Shown here in pieces: positions 14,874 to 27,086 of a DNA stretch of 64,000 nt. Under the pieces are notes generated by a model. That model was not told the DNA's origin. It saw only the letters and a list, made by a program, of their open reading frames with translations, and searched no databases. The DNA is from the human T2T-CHM13v2.0 reference genome, Homo sapiens: assembly GCF_009914755.1 (NCBI RefSeq), contig NC_060940.1. One strand, given 5' to 3'. The position numbers and the translations under genes were made by a program. How positions within the stretch are numbered: the stretch's first letter is position 1; every line of letters begins with the position of its first letter.

Positions 14874-17537
14874 CTACTTCTGCCCAGATACCAAGACCGC
14901 CAGCTCCTGGATGGACATATCCTTGTTGACATAGCGGTCATACTGAGCAGGGGTCAGCCTGCCACTCTGCAGGGCCTCTTCGATGGAGAACTTCTTGCCA
15001 GACTTCCTGTCGTGTATCACTGAGGACTCCCCATTGGGACCCTTCACTGAGATCTCCTCCCAGTCGCACTCCTGGCTTCTGAGTTTCACGAACATGTTCC
15101 AGTCAATGAGCCCGGCACGGTGGGCTTCCTCCGGGGACAGCTCGCGGCCTGTGTCAGGGTGGATGACTACGATGGAGCGCCGCAGGTGGTTCTCCCGCTG
15201 CTCCCGCTTGACGGCCACGGAGCCCAGGCGCTTCTGCAGCTCGTCGATCTCGAGGTCTTTGTCCTTGGAGAGCCTCTTGAGGTCATCCAGTTCCCTCTCC
15301 AGGGACCACAGTCTGGAGTCATGGTTGGTCCCAGAGTCCGCCACGGTCATGTTCCGCAGGTCTCGTGTTTCCGTCGCTGCCATGTTGATTTCCGATTGGA
15401 GCCTTCGGGTCTCCAGCTGCAGGTTTTGCCTCTCCAGCTGTAATTTGTGGTTCTCTTCCCTCAGAAAGTCTAGTTCCTTGGATGACTTGGAGTTATGGAA
15501 TTCCAGCTCCGAAAGCCTGGCTTCCAGCCGGCTCACCTCGACGTCCAGCTCGCGCTTGCTGCGGCTCTCCTCCTCCAGGCTGCTCTTGAGCCTCTGGATC
15601 TCTTGCTCGGTGTCGCCCTTCTCCACCTGGACACTCTCGGAGAGCACCACCTTCTCCTTGACCTCCGCCTTCTCCAGTGCAGCCAGTTTCCTCCGGAGGG
15701 TCTCGAGCTCCCCCTCCAGGAGCTGCCGCCGGTGCTGCTCTTCTTCCAGCTGGAGTCGGAGCAGGGCATGCTCTCGCGCCTGCTGCGGGTCCTGCTGCAG
15801 CACCACCTTCTGCGTATGGGTTACCTTCTCACGGGCCTCAGCTTCTTCCTGCTCCAGCGCTGCCAGCCGCTGCTGCAACCGCTGTACCTCGCGCTCGGCC
15901 TCCCTGCGGGCCTGCCGCTCGCGCTCTAGCTCCTCCAGCTGCCGCTCAAGCTCGGTGCGCCGGCGCTGCAGCCGCCGCAGCTCTGCCCGCAGCTTGTCAA
16001 TCTGCCGCAGCTCCACATCGATGCTCTCGGCAAAGGCGCTCGCCTCGGCCCGCAGGCCTGGCTCCTCCTCATACCTGACCACCTCCTGCTGCACCACCCT
16101 TTCCTTCACCCGCGAGAGCTCCTCCTCTTTCCGGGCGATCTGCTCTTCCTGGGAAGCTCTTTCCCTCTCCAGATCCACTTGTTTCTTCTGCTCCTCTGAG
16201 AGCTTTGCCCTCAGAGACGCCACCTCCTCCTTGGTTTGAGGGTCTTCTTGGAATTGGAGGATCTCCTGGACCACCTCTTTGGTCTGGACCTGGGGTTTGG
16301 TGTCTTTCAGGGCCTGGATTTCCTTTTTCAGCTGGTAGATCTCTAAATCACACCTTTCGATCAGTCTGGTCTTGTCCACGATCTCCTCCCTGAGCCGCTG
16401 AAGCTCCTTCTCCATCTCAGGGTCAGTCTTGTACTTAATGACTTCCTTAGTCACCTCTTTGACTTCCACCTGGGGGCCTCGCCTCCTGAGGGCCTCCAGC
16501 TCACTCTGGTAGCTCCGGAGCTGCTCCTCGGCACCCCGGTACTTTCGCTCCTGCTCCACAAGCTCCAGGCGGAGGTTCGCCACTTCACTTTCCGCCTTGG
16601 GGTCTGGCCGCACGATCTCCCGCACCTTCTCCTGTACCACCACTTTGGCGTTCTCCTCCTCCAAGGCCCATATCTTTCGGAGCAGCTCCGTCTTCTCCCT
16701 CTGGCTAGCGCGAGCCTTGGCAGCCTCGTCCTCATATTGGCGGGTGAGATCGCTGACCTCCCTCTCGGTGGCCGCGTCCTTCTCCACCTTGAGCACCTCC
16801 TTGACGGTGATCTTGCCCTCGGCCATGGCCCGCTCCTTCTCTAGCCTCTTGAGCTTGTCCTGGAGGAAGCTCAGCTCCTCCTCCTGCTTCTCCCTGAGCT
16901 GGTCCTGGCGCTGGTGGTCCTCCTGCAGCTGCTGGTACTCTGCCTCCAGCTGGGGGTCATTCTGCAGTTTCACCACCTCTTTCTCTGTGACCTTCTCCTG
17001 CGCCCGGCTCTTCTCTTCAGCCAGGGCGGCCACACGCTGCTGCAGGAGGAGCACCTCTGCCTCCCGGGCGCCCTTCTGCCGCCTCAGTGCCTCCAGCTCC
17101 TCCCGCAGCTGCAAGACCTCATCCGCCTGGGCCCTGTCAGGCTCGATGCGCAGGACCTCCTTGACCACGTACTCCTGCCCCCCGTCTCTGGTCTCCTGCT
17201 CCAGGGCACGCAGCTGCAGCTGCAGTGCCTCCAGCTCCTCCTGCAGCAGCTGGTTCTTGTGCTGCTCCTCTGCCAGCGTCCGCTGCAGCTGCTGGAAGCT
17301 CTCCTCCAGCACGGGATCCGGCACCTTCTTGAGCACCTCCTTCCTCACCACCGATTCCTGAGGCCCCTGATTCCTCAAGGTCCAGATTTCTTCCTGGGTG
17401 CTCTTGACCTCGTTCTCCAGCTGCCGCCTCCGCTCAGTCTCCTCATCCAGTTCCTTCCTGATCTTCCACGCCTCCTCCACTCCAGAGTCCGGCCTATTCC
17501 TTTGCAGGGTCTCATGGGTCACTTCTACTTCCGGCTG
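14874..17537 (-). CDS. PPL: PPL exon 22: coiled-coil rod plus C-terminal linker domain (887 aa, QPEVEV...LVSGQK*)
   Basis: ORF 14874..17585; acceptor atcacag|CAGCCG; plakin linker motif SIVVIHPDTGRELSPEEAHRAGLID; 2664 nt. Confidence 0.98.
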   Translation of the reverse strand, partial: QPEVEVTHETLQRNRPDSGVEEAWKIRKELDEETERRRQLENEVKSTQEEIWTLRNQGPQESVVRKEVLKKVPDPVLEESFQQLQRTLAEEQHKNQLLQEELEALQLQLRALEQETRDGGQEYVVKEVLRIEPDRAQADEVLQLREELEALRRQKGAREAEVLLLQQRVAALAEEKSRAQEKVTEKEVVKLQNDPQLEAEYQQLQEDHQRQDQLREKQEEELSFLQDKLKRLEKERAMAEGKITVKEVLKVEKDAATEREVSDLTRQYEDEAAKARASQREKTELLRKIWALEEENAKVVVQEKVREIVRPDPKAESEVANLRLELVEQERKYRGAEEQLRSYQSELEALRRRGPQVEVKEVTKEVIKYKTDPEMEKELQRLREEIVDKTRLIERCDLEIYQLKKEIQALKDTKPQVQTKEVVQEILQFQEDPQTKEEVASLRAKLSEEQKKQVDLERERASQEEQIARKEEELSRVKERVVQQEVVRYEEEPGLRAEASAFAESIDVELRQIDKLRAELRRLQRRRTELERQLEELERERQARREAEREVQRLQQRLAALEQEEAEAREKVTHTQKVVLQQDPQQAREHALLRLQLEEEQHRRQLLEGELETLRRKLAALEKAEVKEKVVLSESVQVEKGDTEQEIQRLKSSLEEESRSKRELDVEVSRLEARLSELEFHNSKSSKELDFLREENHKLQLERQNLQLETRRLQSEINMAATETRDLRNMTVADSGTNHDSRLWSLERELDDLKRLSKDKDLEIDELQKRLGSVAVKREQRENHLRRSIVVIHPDTGRELSPEEAHRAGLIDWNMFVKLRSQECDWEEISVKGPNGESSVIHDRKSGKKFSIEEALQSGRLTPAQYDRYVNKDMSIQELAVLVSGQK

Positions 17538-18093
17538 CTGTGATGGAGAAGACAAGACAAGGTTAAAGCCAGGCTCTGGCAGCACATGTAGGGCCTGTCC
17601 CCACCTGGTCAGAGTGGCTGTCCTGTGGTCCCCAAGGGACTCCCTCAGTGCCAGTTCATGTTAGTTGTAGAGTTCTAGGGTTACTTTCAAAAATGATCAA
17701 ACAGCTAGTTTGGGTTTTTTTTTAATCAGGTAAAACATTTTTGAGCTGTGGAAGAGTTTAAAATGAAACCACGGTCTCCCACCTCTGGTCCCCGTCCTAG
17801 GGCGTGTCTGTCAGCCTTGCAGATGCTATCTGTGCTCACACAAGAATATCTGTCTGTAGTATGTACCATGTGTTTATCTCTCCTGCACAAATGGTATTCC
17901 TGCTGCTCACTGCACTTACAGAGCTCATTCCAGCTCAGCACAGAGAGTGCTGCTTCAGGATTTACCAGCAGCATTGTTTCCGCTCTCTGGACAGACCGCA
18001 GTTTAGCCCATTGCTGATGAAGAGTGAACTGCTTCCAGTGTCTTGCTATTAAAAAACAATGCTGTCATCAACATCATGGACTTCAGAAAATAA

Positions 18094-18408
<315 letters not shown>

Positions 18409-18624
18409 GAAAATAGCATTCACTTTCAGCAGATGTTTACTGAGTTGAATAAGTTCTCATGTCAGTAGAAGCATTGGCTCGGGCCAGTCTTTGCATTGGC
18501 CCTGCCCAGAAACGTTAGCAAGGGGACACTTCCATCAATTCACAAACCATTTCTCTAAGACAGAGTCTGTATTTGTCACCTGTTAGAACAGCCTGAAGTA
18601 GAATTTCTTACTAAGATCAGTTAC

Positions 18625-18717
18625 CTGTCTGAGGAGATTCAGAGCAAACTCCAGATTCTGCAGCCTCTGTCTGTTGATGGCATAAACTTCAGTGAACTTG
18701 GCGGCAAGTGCTGCTTC
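18625..18717 (-). CDS. PPL: PPL exon 21: EAALAAKFTEVYAINRQRLQNLEFALNLLRQ
   Basis: ctgcag|GAAGCA ... AGACAG|gtaact; 93 nt. Confidence 0.95.
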
Positions 18718-19033
18718 CTGCAGAGAAGAGGATTAGGAGAGCGGTCAACAAACAGGTGTCAACAGGGTAAGCAACAGAGAGCTAGACAGCGTGGACGTGG
18801 TTCTTGAGAAGTGTGGAATTTGGGGGTGGAGGCATAGCTCTTGCCCACTCCTGCCTGGAGTTAGACTGTAGCCTCACCGGTGGAGAGAAAAATGGATCTC
18901 GAGGCAGAAGATCCAGGCCAGGGTCTTGGCCACACTGACTTTGAGCAAGTCTTTCTGCCTCTTAGAGCACCAGTGTTCTCTCTTGTGTGTACAGGAGACT
19001 AATATCAGCCCTCCACTGTACTTACTGAGGTGA

Positions 19034-19385
<352 letters not shown>

Positions 19386-19591
19386 TTGCTGTCTTTCCAG
19401 GCATATTGATGTCACTGCCCTAGAACAAGTTCCTCATCTCTTACCAAACCTGTTTGCATGCAGGAGGGCTCTCAGTGGCTTCCCTGTTGTGTGTGCATCT
19501 CTGAGGCCAGCGTGTGACACCATGCTCCCTGGGGAGCAGGGCAGCTTGGCCTCCACCTCAGTCCCGAGGCCGCCTGGCCCATGGAACTCAC

Positions 19592-19708
19592 CTCTTCCTT
19601 CACTTTGGTGGCAGGAGATTGGAGCCTGGCTCTCTTGCTCACGTGGCTGCTCCTTCCATTCTCCAAGTCGAGAAGAGACCTTAGTTTTTCTGCTTCTAAC
19701 TCATAGTC
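19592..19708 (-). CDS. PPL: PPL exon 20: DYELEAEKLRSLLDLENGRSSHVSKRARLQSPATKVKEE
   Basis: atgcag|GAC ... GAG|gtgagt; 117 nt. Confidence 0.95.
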
Positions 19709-20470
19709 CTGCATGAGGGAGAGACATGGCAGAGGGGAGATTAAAACAGCTGAGAAGAGACAGACATGTTCCTGTACCCCTTCAGGCTGACCCAGACCTG
19801 CCCTGTGCCATGTGCTGGTTTTATAATCTGCGTGGGTCTTCCTCACAGCTGCACCCTGCAGTGATTTCCAGGAGGTTTTGAGAATTACTGATATCTCAGC
19901 AGTACATAGCTCCATCACTCAGTAACATATGAGACAAGAAGTGCCCCCTGAATTCCCCTCCCAGCCTTTCTACATGCCTAGAGATTTTCACATTCTGCTG
20001 CTGCTTTTAACATCGTACCATAACCCTGTCTCACCTTGCCACCACCTCTTCTCATGTTTACCAGCTTGCTGACTTTATAATCCATCAGGTGGATGTGTGC
20101 TGATTCACGCAGCTTTCCCCTTCCACTGGACACCAGTCCTTTCCAGCGTACTAGTTTTGCTATTGTAAATAGTGCTGTTGCAACAATGTTGTTTATCCTG
20201 CATTTTTTTTTTTTTTGTACTTTTTCCTTAAGGATAAATTCCCCCAAAGAGTTTACTGCTTCAGAGTATAAAACCCTTTTACAGCATTCCATGTCTAGTA
20301 CCATGCTGTTTTCCCAAAAGCCTGTGCCAGTTTGCACAGCAGCCGGCAGTGCCTCGGATGGCCAGCTCCACCCCCATGTGCCAGGGCCGGTGCTTGCTGC
20401 TTCTCTGACCAGGGCACGGTGGAATAAGACCCCTGCTGTTTGTGCTTTGGGCGGAAGTTTCCCGGCTCAC

Positions 20471-20554
20471 CTTTACAGCTTGCTGGTACTGCTGGGAATT
20501 GGCACAGATCTTCTGTACTTCCTGCTCCCTACTTGCTATCTCATCTAGCAGGTT
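20471..20554 (-). CDS. PPL: PPL exon 19: NLLDEIASREQEVQKICANSQQYQQAVK
   Basis: ttacag|AAC ... AAG|gtgagc; 84 nt. Confidence 0.95.
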
Positions 20555-20716
20555 CTGTAAGACAGAGTTTAAAAATCAAAACTAACCAGAAAAAAAATTT
20601 AAAAAAGCAACCATGGATGCAGTAGCTGGAAATCTCAGAATCTGAATTTATTCTTCTCTAGCACAAAGTATGATGAATGGCTCCCTTGTATACATTTTTA
20701 TTCATTGCAAAAGGCA

Positions 20717-21052
<336 letters not shown>

Positions 21053-21679
21053 ACAAAAGGCAGTTCTAAGGCTCTGTGAAGAAGGGCCAAGATCATTATC
21101 TCTGCTAGGAAACAAATGTTTACTGATGATTTGGACCACCAGACACTGTTCTGCTGTCTGACTTAGATTATCTCATTTAATCTTCAAACGATGCCAGGAG
21201 GTAAGCATCGTGACCTCCAGCTTATGAGTGAGGAAAGCTTCTGAGGTGGGGATGTGGCTGATGGGGTGGACCCGGGATTTGCATCTCAGCCATTGGCTTC
21301 CCGTGTTCCTCCCTCACCCCAAGGCACTGCGTTGGGCATGGGGGAGGCAGGAGTCCCAACTTTGAAAATGGGATTTCCCCCACAAAGGCGGCTCCTCATT
21401 CTGTAGCTGTTCACTCACATAGCCAACCCACGCCAAGTGTCCATTCTGCACCAGGCCCTGTGCGGGGCACTGAGCTGGGAGAGGTGAGCGACACACTCGG
21501 TTCTTGTTCTCAGAGGGCTGGGTGTTGGGAGCTTGAGCTGAGGCCCAGGGAGGACACAGCTGTGGCAGGCCTCTGCCCTGCTCCACCTCCCAAAGGCTTG
21601 GCTCCCCAGAAAGGGGCTTGTTGACCTCTGACCCTCCCTTGCCAGTGTGTGCCTGGGGCTGCGGAAACGGCCATCTCAC

Positions 21680-21830
21680 CTTCTGGTTCTTCAGCTTGGT
21701 CTCCATCTGGCTGAGGCTGTCTGTCTCCTGGGGCTCGTAACTGGGGATGCTGACTAGGAACTGCAGCACGTGGTCATGGCCGCGGTGGAAGTGCTCGTAG
21801 GCTGCCTTGGCGCTCTGTAGGCTCTGCGCC
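21680..21830 (-). CDS. PPL: PPL exon 18: AQSLQSAKAAYEHFHRGHDHVLQFLVSIPSYEPQETDSLSQMETKLKNQK
   Basis: tgacag|GGCG ... AAG|gtgaga; 151 nt. Confidence 0.95.
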
Positions 21831-22223
21831 CTGTCAAGGCAAAGCGTTCAGGCCTCAGCCACAGCAAACAGATGCCTCACCGAGCCCTCATTTTTTTTTT
21901 TAAAGTGGGAAACAACCAAATGTAACAACCAGAAATACCCCAAGTATCTCCCACACAGGGTGGGTGGTCATTAGGGAACGTCAGGTTGGACTGTGGAGAA
22001 CCAGGTGGGTCCATATACATTGACTTGCAGAGATGCCCATTGTGGATTACAGGACCCAGGTAAGCATGACTCAAAAGAGAGACCACAGGGCCGTCAGAGA
22101 ATCTGACGAACTCACCAAAAAGAAAAACAGCAAAATCTGTGGGACACGGCTAAAGCATTGCTTAGAGGGAATTAGATCGCATTCTCAGAAAACAAAAATG
22201 GCCACCACCCACCGCACCCTCAC

Positions 22224-22417
22224 CTGCGTTCCACCTGCTGGCGCAGGTTGTTGAAACGCTGGCCCAGCTTGTGCACCTCGGCCTCCTGGCGCTCCAGGTC
22301 CGGGCAGTGCTCCTGGAAGCGGCTGGCCAGTGTGCTCGAGCACTGCTTGGCCGCCTGCAAGTTCTGCTCCACCTCACCCAGGAGGGACTTCTGGGCCTGT
22401 AACTCACAGGCCATGGC
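22224..22417 (-). CDS. PPL: PPL exon 17: AMACELQAQKSLLGEV...NLRQQVER(R)
   Basis: cgccag|GCC ... CGCAG|gtgagg; 194 nt. Confidence 0.95.
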
Positions 22418-23303
22418 CTGGCGGGGCAGAGGAGGAGACGGCGGTGCTACGGCCAGAGCTCCCAGAGCCAGGCGATGACACCCCCTGAAGCCCCTGGGCC
22501 ACTGACTGTAGGAGGGTGGGCAAGGCCACAGGTAGGAAGGATCGGAGCCTTGCTCTGTACATCCCAAACCTGGGTCACTTCTGCCATCTTCTGTTTTTTA
22601 ACAATGAACAAAGCCCTGAAAAGCTAACTTCTAAAAACCCTGCAGCAGGCAGCTCGTGCCCTGCGCGAGAACAGCCTGCCACTGTCTGGTCATGAGGCTG
22701 TGGCAAAAGCAAGTCGTGAGATGGGAGTGTGAATAAGGGGCCTCAGGTCACAGACTTGAATGTTTCCTGTGCTCAGGCAGTGTGGGAAGGGGGCCCGTGG
22801 CAACTGCGAGGTAAGCAGGCCGAGAAGGCAGCTGCTCCTCTGCCCACTGACTTGCCCTCTGAGCTGCAGCCCAGGATGCCAGCTCTGCTCAACAAGAGAT
22901 ACTGGGAACATGGATTGTTATGTGCTTTATGCTTTTTTTTTTTTTTTTTTTTTAAGAGATAGGGTCTTGCAACGTTGTCCAGGCGGCTGGACTTAAACTC
23001 CAAGGCTCAAGCAATCCTGCCCCAGCCTCCTGAATGGCTGGTGTTACAGGCATGTGCCACTACACTGGCTATTGCAGATATTTGATCTTAAAATGCTGGC
23101 ACCCGAAATCCCGTAAGTCACACAGATCCCGTGAATAGCTTGGATTTGTGCTGCGGGCCTCCATTTGCAGTTCCCAATTTGGGCATTCCAAACCTGGGGA
23201 GACTGGATGCTGGTGTCCTCATCTATCCAGACGGGCGGGTGGATGTGCCAGATGCTCTCACCTGCTCAGAGAAGGACTCCCAGGACTTGGGCCCTAGACT
23301 CAC

Positions 23304-23442
23304 CGCCAGCTCCTGCCCCTTGCTGTCCAGGACACGGCTGCTCTCAGGCACTGTGTCATCCTGATTCAGATGGTTCTCGTGTGTGGCCAGCAACTCCCAG
23401 CTCTGCTGCAGGCTCTTCTCCAGGCGGTTGGCCACATCAACC
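23304..23442 (-). CDS. PPL: PPL exon 16: VDVANRLEKSLQQSWELL...SKGQELA
   Basis: tctcag|GGTT ... GCG|gtgagt; 139 nt. Confidence 0.95.
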
Positions 23443-23527
23443 CTGAGAGCACCAATCAGGCGTCGGGGGATGCCCACCTGGCCCCCTGACCCCACCCCAA
23501 CCTCCATGCTGCCTGTCTGCCACCCAC

Positions 23528-23706
23528 TTCTCCTGGGCCAAGTCCAGCAGCTGCAGGAGGTGCTCGTATTTCCGGTTGGTGTCCTCCACCCGGGTCCTCA
23601 GCAGGGGTGTGGTGCCACTGCCTGGGAGGGCCTGGATGAAGGCTTCGCCCTCAGCCGTGCTCCGCGTCTTCTCAGGTTCAATCCGCAGTAGCTCGTTGGT
23701 GATGTT
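23528..23706 (-). CDS. PPL: PPL exon 15: NITNELLRIEPEK...LLDLAQE(K)
   Basis: ccacag|AAC ... GAGAA|gtgggt; 179 nt. Confidence 0.95.
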
Positions 23707-24705
23707 CTGTGGGAACCAGGGCCCCTCAGTTTTGGACACAGCCAGGCAGCCCCTTCCCCTGAGGATGTGCCCAGGGTGAGCACAGATTCCCACATCAGGC
23801 ACAGTGGAAGCAGCTGGAGAGGCCTGGCACATTCTGGGGCTCTGACCCGGCATCTGGACCCCAGCCTGAGGGCTGTATTTTTCACGAGCATCCCAGGGAA
23901 CCGCTGAGGTGGAATGGACTAGTGACACCAGAAGCACCCAGGCAGCTGCCGGGCCTGTGCTGTCCTCAGCACTGCACGCGGACGCTTCTGTTTAATCTTT
24001 GCGGCAACCCTGGGAGGTGAGTACTACGACTCCACCCAGTCACGGGTGGGGGTGTGACGACTCCCAGCAGCTTAGGAAGGGACTTGTGGGGTCAGGCTAC
24101 ACCCGAGACCGGCATCCTCTCGCCCTGACTTGGCTCTCACTCTGAGGCCCCATCAGGGGCTATGGCACTTCTCCAATCCCAGATCCTCTTCTGTAAAATT
24201 GGAGTGCTACTCACTGCCTCAGAGGGCTGCCTTGAGGATGTGGGAGACTTTGTATAGGAAAGGAGGTGGGGGGAGGTGGCCCCTCCACGTCCCCCCTGGC
24301 ATCAGCTCACCCTGTCCTCGCCACTGCCCTGTGAGCAGGGCCAACCCATCCTACTGAAGACACTGAGGCCTGGAGTTTATAAATACAAACGCTAACGTGT
24401 TTGCAGTCAAGCCAGCCGGTGACCCAGTCCTGCGGAATTCCACAGCCCATGTGCCATGCCAGGCGTCAGATCGACAAGCCGTGCAGGAACAATGCAAGTC
24501 CTGCCAGCTCTTTCTCCTGGGGAGGTAATGACAGCAGCCCTGCCACCTCCATGACTTGGGACCCTTTTACATGCAGCAGGCTGTCCCTGACAGACAGCTG
24601 CAGTGAATATCCCAAGACTCCATGGGGAAAAGACCTCAAATAGGGGCCCCAGGGGGCCAGTGCAGGGCTCCCCCGGCCCCACCTGTGCTCCTGACCCGCA
24701 GGTAC

Positions 24706-24863
24706 CTTGAGGTCCTTGGCCCGCTCGGCACTGTCCTGCACAGCCCGGCCTTGCTCCAGTGGTGGCCGCAGGATCCCTGTGATGGCCTTCTCCTGCCGGT
24801 CCAGGTCGCTGGCCACCTTGTCCAAGCCAGCCAGCAGCTGCCGCCCCTGTAGGTCAGAGGCAT
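24706..24863 (-). CDS. PPL: PPL exon 14: (D)ASDLQGRQLLAGLDKV...AERAKDLK
   Basis: ccacag|ATGCC ... AAG|gtacct; 158 nt. Confidence 0.95.
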
Positions 24864-25033
24864 CTGTGGAGGGAGGGAGGACACAGGCAGGTGTGACAAC
24901 GGGCCAGGGGTGTGAGGCCCAGGGATGGACCTAGGCAGCCAGCCCCCCGCCGTCTCATCCACAGCACAGACCCTGGTCCAGCCCCTCCTCCCCGGTACCC
25001 CCAGAGCCTCAGGCGAGTGGCCCTGGCACCCAC

Positions 25034-25131
25034 CTCCGGGATTCTCGGTCTTCAGCACCTCATACCGCTGCTGCAGCGTGCGTTTGCTCCCAGCTGCCTT
25101 CTGCCGCACGCTCCGGTACTGGCTGCCCAGG
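25034..25131 (-). CDS. PPL: PPL exon 13: LGSQYRSVRQKAAGSKRTLQQRYEVLKTENPG
   Basis: tcacag|CCTG ... GGAG|gtgggt; 98 nt. Confidence 0.95.
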
Positions 25132-25959
25132 CTGTGAGGACAGAAATGAGCTGGGAACCTGGGCAGCCCACCACCCCCTGCACCCACAGAGGCGGGACTG
25201 CGGACTCTGGCTGGGCAGACACCCCAGAGGAGCCTGACAGCTCCTTAGATGCGGACAGCAAGTGCTCACTGTGGCACTGGCCTTTCTGTGCTCCTGGGCT
25301 CAGAGCTCTTCTCCCTCCTTCCCTCCTCTTTCGTAGGAAGTCTCACTACCTAAAATTGTCTGTCCAATAATCACCACCAAGATGTTACCTCTGAGGGAGC
25401 ATACACAGTAGGTGCTCAATAAATACTTAATAAATGAAGGCATTCCTTGAATGATCCACTCATTCAGCAAGGAGTTCCTGGGCACCTACTTTGTACCAGG
25501 TACTTAACTAGGCCCTGGAGAGAGGAAATTCAAGGAGCCCAGGCCCAATGAGACTGACGCATACGCTAGTCACTTAATAAAAAGCGGTGCGTGCAGTGGG
25601 AGAAGGTGCCTGGGAGCAAAGAGGAGGCAGCCCTTATCCCAGCTGAGTCCTCCAGCCAAGGGGCTGGGGTCTGCAAGTACAGGGAGCAGTGCGTGCGGGA
25701 GTCAGGGGCCCTTAGAAACTGCTTAGAAACTCGTGAGGGGGCCAGGACGAAGCCCAGAGCTGGACATTCATGTTTAGCAAGTCAGCTGGCCCACGATCTG
25801 CCCCTCTCCTGCATGAACTTCCAAGGGGGTGCAGATGGAGAGTGTCAGCGACCCCGCGCTCCCCACAGGCTGAGTCCAAATCCCCGGGGCTATGAATGGG
25901 GCCTGAGAAGCCCTGGGGGTGGGACTGGTCCATGCAGACTCCCGCCTTTGCCCTTGTAC

Positions 25960-26111
25960 CTGTCAGCCAGAGCCAGGGCCTCAGGGTCTGTGGGGGGGAT
26001 CACAAAACAGACGGCCGGAGCAATCAGCTTGTTCCCAGCGCTGTCCATGAGCTCCCAGCTCTCCCCGTTGTTCTTCTGCAGGGTGTAGCTGTAGCCCCGC
26101 GAGATCAGGCC
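25960..26111 (-). CDS. PPL: PPL exon 12 (SH3 region of plakin domain): GLISRGYSYTLQKNNGESWELMDSAGNKLIAPAVCFVIPPTDPEALALAD(S)
   Basis: cgccag|GGC ... GACAG|gtacaa; 152 nt; plakin SH3 motif APAVCFVIPP. Confidence 0.96.
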
Positions 26112-26369
26112 CTGGCGGGGGCAGGCTGGACAGTCAGGATCCCGGCAGGGCCTGAGGGCCTGGGAGCCCGGTTGCCATCTCAGCCCCCGACTCTTGGACC
26201 TGGGGAGCCCCGGCTCATCACTTGGACCCTCCCCGTAGAGTGGGGAGGGGCATGCAGGAGAAGCACATGTGTTGAGGCTGCCGGCCCAGCAACCCACCTC
26301 CATTTCCCTTTGGGGAACCTTCCCTCCCAATTCCCAGTCCCTGTGGTCTCTCCTTCTCCATTCCCAAGC

Positions 26370-26710
26370 TCCAGATGGACATGTGACTTGGACCTGGCCA
26401 ATGACTGGCATTCGCCAGCCACAGTCATTGGTATAGGGTGGACCCTGGCATTCCCTGGCCACAGTGATTGGTGTAGGATGGACACGTGACTCACAGTGAG
26501 CCAATGAGAACCTGGCCTGGGACTTCTGAGGAGGGACTGGGGTTGCTAAGCTGGTGGAACACAAGGCCAGGGCAGCCGAGGTGGGGGCGGCATAGGGGTG
26601 CCAGTTGGCCTGCACCAGGGGAAGGGTTGGCAGAGTGACACCAACCACGGAGACAGGCACAGGCTCCTGAGAACGGCGCCTGAGGCCCGGGATCCAACCA
26701 TGTTACCCCA
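26370..26710. mobile_element. Old ERVL-class LTR (LTR16-like) fragment in PPL intron 11
   Basis: CCCTGGCCACAGTGATTGG...GGACACGTGAC...GCCAATGAGA resembles the recalled LTR16 core; family not verified. Confidence 0.55.
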
Positions 26711-26753
26711 AAAACTCTGTAGTGATGTGAACAGAGGAGCTGGCCCCACGCAC

Positions 26754-26900
26754 CTGCTCCCCCTCAAAGTCACAGAGTGCCTCCACGGGGATGGGCTTGA
26801 GCGGAGTCTCCCGGCGGTACTTGAGGGGCACCACCTGCTGGCCTCGCTTCTGCAGCCCCTGCACCACGTCCTCATACTTGTCCAGCACCTTCTCCTGGTC
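26754..26900 (-). CDS. PPL: PPL exon 11: DQEKVLDKYEDVV...PVEALCDFEGEQ
   Basis: ctccag|GAC ... CAG|gtgcgt; 147 nt. Confidence 0.95.
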
Positions 26901-27086
26901 CTGGAGAGAACGGGGTCAGGGGCCCAGGTGAGACCAACAGCCTTCCCCCTGGTGGGAGGACGCAGAGCAGGGGCTGGATTCAGCAGGTGGGGTGCTGTGG
27001 AGGGGCCTGTACAGGGCTGAGGGCAGGCATGGTGTAGAGGGGTCCCCCGCCCCCCGGGCCAGCAGGGGTCCTGGGCCATCGCTCAC

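Noticed and set aside
14983-17543. Long + strand ORFs (418, 254, 209 aa) antisense to PPL exon 22
   Set aside because: Shadow ORFs. The GC3-rich GAG/CAG/CTG/AAG coiled-coil codons rarely give antisense stops, and the products are S/L/C-rich mirrors with no independent gene signals.
26901-27086. 186-nt (3n) PPL intron 10 as in-frame retention
   Set aside because: Contains an in-frame stop; ORF 26916..27197 terminates inside the intron.
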